Part shown: piece by piece, positions 53,790-64,000 of the stretch
Numbering within the stretch: position 1 is the first letter of the stretch
Layout: each line of letters starts with the position of its first letter
Assembly (NCBI GenBank): GCA_951406725.2
Contig: OX597814.1
Coordinates: 223,262,001 to 223,326,000 of the forward strand
Length of the DNA: 64,000 nucleotides
Direction of reading: 5' to 3'
From: Octopus vulgaris
Taxonomy: Eukaryota
Notes under the pieces: model-generated
The model's input: only the letters and a program-made list of their open reading frames with translations
Databases searched by the model: none
Told to the model about the DNA's origin: nothing
Made by a program: the position numbers and the translations under genes

Positions 53790-53959
53790 TTCTTCTTCTT
53801 CTTCTTCTTCTTCTTCTTCTTCTTCTTCTTCTTCTTCTTCTTCTTCTGCTTCTTCTTCTTCTTCTTCTGCTTCTTCTTCTTCTTCTTCTTCTTCTTCTGC
53901 TTCTTCTTCTTCTTCTTCTGCTTCTTCTTCTTCTTCTTCTTCTTCTTCTTCTTCTTCTT

Positions 53960-54046
<87 letters not shown>

Positions 54047-54071
54047 GTTATTATTATTATTATTATTGTTA

Positions 54072-54108
<37 letters not shown>

Positions 54109-54169
54109 CATTATTATCATCATTATTATTATTATTATTATCATTATTATTACTATTATTATTATTATT

Positions 54170-54201
<32 letters not shown>

Positions 54202-54276
54202 TATCATCATCATCATCATCATCATCATTATTATTATTATTGTTATTATTATTAGTGTTATTGTTATTATTATTAC

Positions 54277-54327
<51 letters not shown>

Positions 54328-54343
54328 TATTATTATTATTATT

Positions 54344-54375
<32 letters not shown>

Positions 54376-54453
54376 TATCATCATCATCATCATCATCATC
54401 ATCATTATTATTATTATTGTTATCATTATTATTGTTATTGTTATTATTATTAC

Positions 54454-54489
<36 letters not shown>

Positions 54490-54500
54490 CATTATTATCA

Positions 54501-54540
<40 letters not shown>

Positions 54541-54553
54541 TATTATTATTATT

Positions 54554-54585
<32 letters not shown>

Positions 54586-54641
54586 TATCATCATCATCAT
54601 CATCATCATCATCATTATTATTATTATTGTTATTATTATTA

Positions 54642-54708
<67 letters not shown>

Positions 54709-54860
54709 CATCATTATTATTACTATTATTATTATTATTATTACTATTATTATTATTATTATTATTATTATTATCATCATCATCATCATCATCATCATTA
54801 TCATCATCATCATCATCATCATTATTATTATTATTATTTTTATTATTATTATTATTATCT
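53790..54860. repeat. ~1.07-kb compound microsatellite (TTC)n-(TTA/TCA)n with higher-order block repetition
   Basis: Direct; explains the 199-369 aa homopolymer ORFs. Confidence 0.95.
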
Positions 54861-55277
54861 AGGATGATGATGATGATCATCCCTAGCAAATTCTTCTCAA
54901 ACTGTTTATGTGATTTTTGAATATATCACCTTTAAAGGAATATAAGTAATTTACGTTAAAATAATTACGTAATAATAATTGCGTTCCTTATGCAGCGCAA
55001 TATTATCTTAAAGTAACGAAGAAGCAATTGATGTTGACGGAATTCAGGTAATAAAGAAGAATTAGAATAAAAGGGGAGAAATCTATAAACTTTCGAAGGG
55101 TTCTCATGCCTGAGTATGCATGAACATGTGTGTGTGTGTATGCGCGCGCGTGTCTATGTGTATGTGTTTGCGTGTGTCTCTGTGTGCATGCATATATGTA
55201 TATATGTATATAATGTGTATGTATATATATATATGTATACATATATATATGTTTATATATATCCATATATACATATA

Positions 55278-55317
<40 letters not shown>

Positions 55318-56339
55318 TGTTTATGTATATATATATACATATTAAAACATCATGCACTATTTGACATGCATATTTTATGCAGGTACTTATATTTGCATAT
55401 TTGCAACGCATAAAATTTATACATACATGTATATCCATTCCTACTTTAGCATAATGTGCAAATAACACGGATGGCAACAATTTTGTGACAATCTTTAATG
55501 GATGTTTCTCAATGTAGTTTTGCAAGCTGAATCTGACTATAAAATCAAATTTTCAGTATCACCTTTAGTTTTCTGGTGACGCTATGTTAGTTTTTTTTTT
55601 TTTTTTTGCATTTCGCATAATCGACGTAAAGGTAAACATGGGCTAGAATAATAAATCATTTACAACTGCATGTGGAGGATGCGGTTTAGTAAGTTATATT
55701 ATATAATATTAGTATAACTGACAATTCTAATATTCATGCATATGATGTATTACTATGTATACGATAAATGCAATTTCTCTATTTTTTCCAAGAGAAGTTT
55801 CTAGTAATTTTGGCAGGACAAATTTGTTGGAACCTCGGACCGCGTATGTAGAAATAGTTTTAGACGTCTTTAGAGGAAACTAATGTTTCTTTTTAAGCAC
55901 AGAGTAAAGAACAGCTAATATGTGTTGTACCTCCTTTATTTCAAACCGGTGTTCAAGTAGATGCTTTAGTGACTGAATCAACCTAATTTATTCCTGCCGT
56001 TTAGATGATGATCTTGCTTAGAAAATCATGTGCTATGCTATGATGATTATTCAGAATCATTATTCTGGATGTAAATGATGAATCAGGACAAAAGCGCGGC
56101 CTCAGATTTTTGTAGGAAATGCATAACAATTCTCACTGAATTGTTAAGTTAATCCCACCACATGCTGTTTGGAGAGAACGCAAACATTCCCGTAACAACT
56201 ATATTTCTGTTTCATAATACAGAATTGAATATTTGAAAAACAAATTGTAATTGAATACTCTGTTATAAAATTTACAATGAGACCAGTTTCCTACAGTCTT
56301 CAGTATTTAGCAACAAATCATTCTAAACAGGTGAATTTA

Positions 56340-57150
56340 AGATTCATAATATCACGAAGGAAAGGAGAAAGATATTTCTGATCCTGTAATCAAGATTCCC
56401 GCCAGCAATGAACCATATTTACTGCCACAAAGGGTGAACTAACACACCACTTCATGAATCGAATTACATCTTAGAGGCAAGATCAACTTTAAGGTTCAGG
56501 ATTAAAGGGCTAGAATCTATTGTAGTTTGATACTAAAGCTCGTTTACCGTAGCCGTCATGGCAATTTCAAAGAATTGTTCTCCCATGAAAGTCAACTTGC
56601 GCTTTGTAAAGATGTCAATTCGCTCTCACCGGTTCCTCGTCATGAAGATAACGTGTAAGAGTGTTGATTATTCATTGATTCCTCAAAAGTTACTTTGAAT
56701 GCATTCCTTCTTCATGATAGAAATAAATCACCTTTTATGTGTGAAGATCTCAAGATTATTCCACATTTGTTTGGTGTTGAAGATAGGTGGTATAAAGTAC
56801 TTTTATTTATGAACTTGAGGTGAACATCAGAGGCAGCAACATCGCTATGTTGAAAAGAATTTATTAAAACTACGTTACTTGTTCCAGGCAAAAAGTATAT
56901 TGAAAGATACACTTATTCGTCCAGGAAAAAGTTTCTGTTCTCCTTCGCGCATCAAATCTAAAATAAGGAAAGAACATTCTAAAAGTGATAAATAAATCGG
57001 TAACTGTAATCAGATAATTGCGAAATAATTTTCCTTGTGTCAGAGAGTCCACGATTGCTGAAGTATTTCTGTAGAGCTTCGGATCACCGACTCTAGAAAA
57101 GATGAGAGTGAATGAATTTTACGTGGTTAAGTTCCAACAGAGTGTTGACA
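56340..57150 (+). pseudogene. Highly decayed second Chapaev3 transposase
   Basis: NEPYLLPQ, GSGLKG*NLL, YRSRHGNFKELFS, LFIDSSKVTLNAFLLHDRNKSP, LCEDLKII, LVPGKK, RIKSKIRKNILKVINK..LRNNFP, collinear with the motifs of 49248-50988. Confidence 0.75.
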
Positions 57151-57223
57151 ATTTTTTTGTGAAATCACAAGGCCAACAAATATTCTGAAATAGTTCGTGA
57201 GCTTAAGCTTTAACAAACAGTGA

Positions 57224-57380
57224 TCTACTATACACAAGACCTGAAATTTTGTTGGAGGGGATTTAGTCGATTAGAATGCATCCAGTGCACAACTGGTGTT
57301 TATTTCTTCACCCCGAAAAGATGAAACTTTGCAAAATTTGAACTCAGAACGCAAACACGGACGAAATGCTGCTAAGAACT
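57224..57380 (-). mobile_element. SINE family A, degenerate (tail type 2)
   Basis: CACAAGACCTGAAATTTT...AGTCGATTAGA...TTTGAACTCAGAACG...GACGAAATGCTGCTAAG. Confidence 0.7.
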
Positions 57381-57543
57381 CTCCAAGAGCCCCGCTATAA
57401 TAACCTGCAATAATAAAGAATTATTTTGTAAGGATATTCCTACATCCGAAACGTCTGTAGCGCAACAGAAATCATACCAAGCGACCTCGTCTCATTTATA
57501 AGCATGTTTCTTTCTTCGACTGTATTTAATATGCCTTTAAATA

Positions 57544-57764
57544 TACGAGGATGCGCTGAAAATGTCCTGGCTTCGAGTGAAAGGAAATACAGGAAGGCCA
57601 GTTTATTATGATTTTATTTAACGTATTCCCCTTTCAGATTCGCACATTTAATGAAGCGCTCTCTCGGCTTTTTGACGCCCTGGAAGATAACTCGAAGGTT
57701 TTGGTCTCCAAGTAAGCCCTTCGTGGCACCCTTAAAGCCAGGAACTTTGCAAAATCTCCTCGTA
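57544..57764. mobile_element. Mariner-type MITE
   Basis: Imperfect TIRs TACGAGGATGCGCTGAAAATGTCCTGGCTT and reverse complement TACGAGGAGATTTTGCAAAGTTCCTGGCTT; TA at both ends. Confidence 0.75.
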
Positions 57765-58230
57765 GGTCATTAAAAAATAGGTATCAATTGACGTAAACAC
57801 CTAAACTAATGGAGAATCGGTGTACATTTTTATGGATTTAGTATGTATGATATACTAAATATATACTAAAATTAATCACATAAGTTATTTTGTACTCAAC
57901 TACTCAATGCAATTTTAAAAGTATTGAGAAAATGTTACAGTTTCTGCTTTAAAGACAATAAATGAAACGCTTTGTAAGCGTATTAAAGAATTTGTTATCA
58001 TATAAATTACATCTCAAAATATATAAGACATTTCTAAATATGTTCAAACGAAGATTTCCTTTACAATAGTTCATCTTCCACTAAACTACATCCTTGAGAA
58101 TAACAGAAGGCAGCACCTCATAAGAAAAGGAATAAAATTAAACAAGAATGACTGAGAAAGATTCGGCGTTGTCAATGACTACGAGGAATTTCAACATTTA
58201 ACCCTCATAGGTTGCTACTATCTTCCAAAG

Positions 58231-58275
<45 letters not shown>

Positions 58276-58334
58276 TACATATGGATACCTACATCTATAC
58301 ATCTATTTATATACAAGTGTGTATTATAGACGTG

Positions 58335-58437
<103 letters not shown>

Positions 58438-58622
58438 TCCGATTTGAAAACCCCACTAGAATGGGAGAAAGCGCTAATATATGATATATGATCTAAGTTA
58501 TATGATGTATAAAAACATGTAATATACAAATAAATATCTGTAGATATAAAACCATCCAAATTTCTGAGTACCTCATATCTTCTAATATAAAATACCTGTA
58601 CATCATCTCCAAACCTTCTAAT

Positions 58623-58712
<90 letters not shown>

Positions 58713-58807
58713 GGCAAGTAAGTGTCCATGTACCCGTAGAGCGACTGAACCCGGAACCGTGTGGTTGAGAATATACATACATACATATATACAGATAGAT
58801 AGATAGG

Positions 58808-58909
<102 letters not shown>

Positions 58910-59165
58910 TGTGTGTATGTGTATTATTATTGTTGTTGATTTTGTTGTTATTGTTGTTATTCTTGTTCTTGTTATTCGCTATTTCGCTTTGCCATTCATT
59001 TTTGAAGACCGATCAAGCTATCAGATGATACCCAAACACTCAACTACGAATGCATTGCAGCGTATGTCAGAAAGTTGTAATCTAATGAAAATCATGACAT
59101 AATTTCTCATTCCCTTGTCATTTATTTAACTTCTTATATATAGTTCTACTTAGCTATCTTTCTAT

Positions 59166-59241
<76 letters not shown>

Positions 59242-59266
59242 ATATATATATGTATATATATATATG

Positions 59267-59297
<31 letters not shown>

Positions 59298-59302
59298 GTA
59301 AT

Positions 59303-59336
<34 letters not shown>

Positions 59337-60219
59337 ATATCCACACACACAGACATACACACAGATACACATATATAAATATGAATATCTGTGTGTATGC
59401 ATGTGTATATATATATATAGATATAGATATATATATATAGAGATATATATACACACACACATGTATGTGTATATGTGTGTGCATGTATGTATGAATGTAT
59501 GCATATACTTACTATAACATCACATAATCAGATAATCATACTTCATACAGGTTATAATGTATTGTGCATGTATGAGCTTTTCCATCTGGTCTCGCGTATT
59601 CGCATTTAAATAAATTATAATTGTTTCACTTACATAAACGATAAGAGTTTCTCTCTGAGTCAAAGCGTTCTCTCCTAGTAGTCTAGACAACAATAGAGAG
59701 CAGCGGTCAATAATATTATATTCAAGATTGAGAATCAGTACTGTGATACAGTGTGTATGTTTGTACATAAATGTGTGCCCGTCTGATTGCACGTCCGTAT
59801 GTCATTGTTCTAGTATCATGTGGATTGTTCCTATAAAGAATGATCTGGTTTCTAACAAAGAATCAACACGTGTTCCACTTATGTAATTTCAATACCAACA
59901 ATATTGAATATTTTTAAACTTAAGATAACTCTTAGAGAGTTTTATTCTTTGCCTGATAGAATGTATTTGGAAAGTATGCTTTAGTTGATCACCTTCATTT
60001 CAGGGAGACCTGCATTTCGAGGGTAAATTCGAAATGGTATGTGACGTACAGCTCATAGGAGCAAGAATGACGACACGTCTTATCGATTGTATCATAACTT
60101 CAAGTTTCTGGGATACATATGTACGCTTAATATATTTAATTTTGTGTGGTATGCAGTTTTTTCTATCCTACAGGCATTTGTTTCCCAACAGGACTGCAGT
60201 AATACTTAGGGTCACATGT

Positions 60220-61116
60220 GGTCACGCCTCTCTGTTTTTATGACGTCCCCAATTTCTGCAGCCGAGAAACATAACGTGGCATAATATGACCCGTTAATTG
60301 TGATACCCTTTGCCAAAAAGTCCAACATCACTACTCCACACTGGTCCCAAAAGACTGTGAGCATCACTTTTCCAGCTGAGGGTTGGACATGAGACCTCTT
60401 TGAAGGTGGTGAGTTATCATGCTTTCATTGCTTCGATTGGAGTTTAATCTCAGAATCATAGAGATGGACCCATGTTTCAACCTGTGTAAAAGTCTGCCGA
60501 AAAATGCCTCCTTGTTTACTTGGCACATTGCCAAAAGAGCCTGGGAGGAATTAACTCGTTCCTGATTCTGAAAAGGTTTTCCCATCCGGGGAATTCATCG
60601 TGCATACAACGTCTGCCTGTGCAAATGGCCGTGAATGATTTTTTTCTCAAAGACCCAACACTTACCGTCACTTCTTGGGCTAGTTGACAAATGGTTATGC
60701 GACGATCCTACAAAATGGCGGCTTCCACTTTATGGATGATGTCATCAATGGCGGAATGCAGTCGTCCAGAAATAGGAGCAGCTTCCACCGATGTCCGACC
60801 ACATTTGAACTGGCAATGCCAGTGCTTGACTACGCCGTATGATGGTGAATCGTCACCATAAAATTCTTTCACCTCATCGAAAGTCTGCTTTCGTGTACGA
60901 CTTTCAAGTATAAGAACCTGATCACTGATCTGCATTCAGCTACCACCATTATAACAGCTTAGTACACTTTAGAAGACGTAAAAGACTAACGAATACCAGC
61001 GGAAAGCTGCAATTTAGAATGTGCAATTTAGAATGTATAATTATATCTGTACAAGTTCCGTTTCCTACAGTAATCGGAAGTGTGTCACGAGAAATCTTTA
61101 ATAAGTACCTCTCATA
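60220..61116 (-). mobile_element. Decayed mariner transposon, 3'-truncated
   Basis: EVKEFYGDDSPSYGVVKHWHCQFKCGRTSV..SGR (HTH region), ETWVHLYD, VMLDFLAKGITINGSYYA; TIR-like TATGAGAGGTACTTATTAAAG at 61116. Confidence 0.8.
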
Positions 61117-61379
61117 AGAAGGCCGTAATCGGACTGTGGGACGCATGAATTTTTTCCATCGCTAAGAGCCTTCAGTTACGAATGCCAAGTGGTCATTAAA
61201 AGCCACAAGAACGTGTACACACATCTACATTTTCGCCTGATACAGGGACTTTGTCCTTGTTCATCTTACGTCATATAAGGGCCACAGCATGAATGTGTAT
61301 AGGAAGGTCTTTACTGCCATCTTCAAACAATTCGTCTTATCTATGATCTTTACCACCAACTTAAGAAAATTCGACTCCC

Positions 61380-61930
61380 TAGATTTTACCCTAGATCTCG
61401 AGGCGAGTAAATATTTCCCCAATAGTGAAACCCAAGCAAAATGGTCTGTATTCTTAAACATTGCAACTACTTTCAGGTTATAATCATAATTCTCGTTACA
61501 TGTATGAGCAGAAGAATTTCCAATCTAACGTTAGATAGAAAAACCATAGCACCCCCTTATAATGAGGTGTTAGTGTTACTTTCACCCCAAACCATAAATG
61601 AGTAATAAAGCAAAAGGTTCTTTGGTATCATCCTCCATTCAACATAGGTGTCACTATCAGGATAACAACAACTTTCTGAATTTCGACAACATCTCAATAA
61701 ATCCCATACATAGTATAAGCATTCTAATTCCCATAGTATTAAGGTCAGTTATTCATGTTCAGACAACATCACTTCCAGCATCGCACGCGACAGCAAAAGC
61801 AGGTACTCATCTACGCAATCTCTATCCCACCCACCTCTGCAACTATAACTTCCAAACGATTCCCAACAGTCCACTGAGAGGATCCTGTCTCTCGAAAGTC
61901 GTTGACTATAGAGCGACGTCCTCAGGACTC
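61380..61930 (+). mobile_element. Possible decayed 3' end of an R4/NeSL-type (RLE) non-LTR element
   Basis: DNNNFLNFDNIS, ILIPIVL and LRRILSL-like stretches; weak, multi-frame. Confidence 0.3.
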
Positions 61931-62678
61931 GATAGTATAGCGTCACTACACGGGCACGACGACCAAAGTTTTTAAGTATACTGATATAGCAAATGTAAAT
62001 TTGTAATATCTGAACAATTAGCAGTTATGTATTTTGTTATCAAATATCAGAAATATGTGATTGCTAAATATAACTATGAAAATGGCAAGCTTTGCTTCTT
62101 TTGTTCTGTGTAGGAATATATTTTGATATATTCCAAATTATTTTATGTCTGTTTTAAGGCTCTTTTACATCCATCGTGTTAGAAATAGTCTTCATAAATG
62201 CCTCTAGGCAAAATTTCATAATCTCCATACTGTTTTCTAGTATGATATTTATGTACTGAATCAATATTCTTTCGGTCATTCTCCTTCGCAGATATCATTA
62301 CGAAGAATGTAAAAGAATTCTTTATTCGAAGTTTTGTGTTTACTGCTCATTTTCTCACATGCGGCAACATACCCTTAAAAATAAAAGGGCATTTCTATAC
62401 CGAGAAATATTTCCAGAATATTTGTGTCTTTATGTATGTGTAAGTAAGATCATTCTCTTCTCATAGCTAGGATGAAATCATATGTAAACAGATTTTAACT
62501 CTCGTTTCTTGTATTGGTAAAGGACTCGATGGTATAATGACACTGTACACGAGAACGACGACCAAAGTCTTTAAGTATAGCGATATGGCAAATATAAAAT
62601 TGTAATATCTGAACAATTAACAGTCATTTATTGTGTTAAAAAATTACAGAAATACGTGATTGTTCAATATAACTATGA
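61925..62678 (+). repeat. Diverged ~155-bp direct repeat (61925-62079 and 62522-62678)
   Basis: GGACTCGAT-GTATA...ACGACGACCAAAGT-TTTAAGTATA...TTGTAATATCTGAACAATTA...CAGAAATA-GTGATTG...AATATAACTATGA in both copies. Confidence 0.9.
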
Positions 62679-62703
62679 TTATATTGATACGGTGTCATCG
62701 TAA

Positions 62704-63098
62704 TCTTTATATATAAAAGAGAGGTTGTGTGTCTGTCTGTCTCCTACGATTTAGATTCCTAACTACTCCCACATTTTGCGGTGCAGTTTAACCAAAACCG
62801 GGTATCTTATAGTCGTGATTCATATCGAGCCCTTTAGAGATTAGCGCGCGTCTACGATGAGTCTACGATTTAAAAAAAAAATTACCATCAATTTTTCCCA
62901 TTTTTAATGCATTTTTGGCATATATAAGGGAAGTAACTCACTAAAAATTTATTATTAAATCACAGAACGTAAAAAGCTACAGTAACCCCCCCCTTTGTGG
63001 TTAGCCATATTGAGATGGCTATTATACTTTACATCTCTAAAAATGCTTATATAGGTATTTCCCTTACAAACCCGAGCAACGCCGGGCGATACTGCTAG
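62704..63098 (+). mobile_element. Non-autonomous Helitron, full length
   Basis: 5' TCTTTATATATAAAA, (GTCT)n near the 5' end, 3' hairpin CCCGAGCAACGCCGGG 63071-63086, terminal CTAG; inserted between A (62703) and T (63099) with no TSD. Confidence 0.8.
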
Positions 63099-63269
63099 TA
63101 CGTTATATAAAAGTTATATTGTAAAGTTTGAACTTCAATCTAAACAAACATCTCCATTTGTTATTATTATAAACTAATGGACAATAGCAATGTTTATCTT
63201 CTCCTATCCTAATATCAGCAAGTATATTGTGAATGGAATTTTACAGGGAGAATTATAAAAAAAGAAGCA

Positions 63270-63685
63270 TAGTTGCAGGGATGGCTGTTCTGTTTAGAAG
63301 CTAGCATTCCAGCCACATGCTTTCGGGTTCAGTTCCAGGGTGCAACATCTTGAGTAAGTATCACTTTGTATAGGCGCAAACCGACCAATGAGTTGATCGA
63401 AGGAAACTGTCCGGAAGCCATGTCGTATATATTTGATGTGTGTGTATGTGTGTGTGTGTGTATGTCTGTGGGCGCTTGTGTTTACGTCTTTGAGTCTGTC
63501 ACTTCACCATCACCCGACAAACGGTGTTGGTTTGGTTACGTCCCTGTAACTCAGGAGTAGGACAATAACAATTGATACGTTAATTGTTAGATTTCAAAAA
63601 TGAATATAGGGCACCATTTGCTCCATTAAACCATTGGAGGTCGTACTCCAGCATGACCGCAGTCGAATGAGATAAAACATAAAAT
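63270..63685 (+). mobile_element. SINE family B, degenerate
   Basis: GCAGGGATGGCTG...CCACATG..CGGGTTCAGTTCC...GGAAACTG...CTCCAGCATGACCGCAGTC. Confidence 0.7.
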
Positions 63686-64000
63686 ATTCGTAATATACTT
63701 TAATATAGTCTCCATAATATAGAGAATATATGTGTGGTGGTAGTGTTTGTTTTGGTGGTAGTGGTGGCTGTGGTGGTGTGTGTGTGTGTATCTGTGTGCG
63801 GACTTGTGTGTTTATATTATTTACATATATATGGAAGTATATATGTATGTGTATATGTGACTTCATTATGTATATAACTATGTGTATATTTTCACATTAA
63901 AAACTTTGATGACTAAATACATACACACACACACACATTCACATACATACTTTCACACACACACACACACACACAGATATAGAGTCACACATGCAGATAC

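Noticed and set aside
53656-54920. Longest ORFs in the track (199-369 aa)
   Set aside because: Homopolymeric translations of trinucleotide microsatellites, open in several frames on both strands; no coding evidence.
57432-57462. GGAT-loop-ATCC GAAA CGTCTG TA, the 3' half of a hammerhead
   Set aside because: No recognisable NUGANNA core or stem I upstream; at best a fragment.

Overview
AT-rich, microsatellite-dense eukaryotic DNA. The SINE families suggest a cephalopod, probably octopus (inference). I see no recognisable host exon, and nearly all listed ORFs are microsatellite or SINE read-through. The window is a stack of decayed mobile elements: two mariner relics, a maT (DD37D) element, a mariner-type MITE, two Chapaev3 transposons (one full-length with TIRs, TAA TSD and an intron), two non-autonomous Helitrons, CR1/RTE/R4-like LINE 3' ends and many tRNA-derived SINEs. 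The most interesting object is a ~4.9 kb Penelope-like element (PLE, ~39998-44916) built as a long inverted repeat. It has an upstream coiled-coil ORF1 overlapping the RT-GIY-YIG frame at a T-TTT-TTA slippery heptamer in -1 register (a gag-pol-like layout). Both arms carry a minimal hammerhead ribozyme with a compensatory A3-U8 core. Two further hammerhead-like motifs occur in short solo relics (22053-22135, 37082-37159). All alignments and folds were done by eye; boundaries of degenerate elements are approximate.
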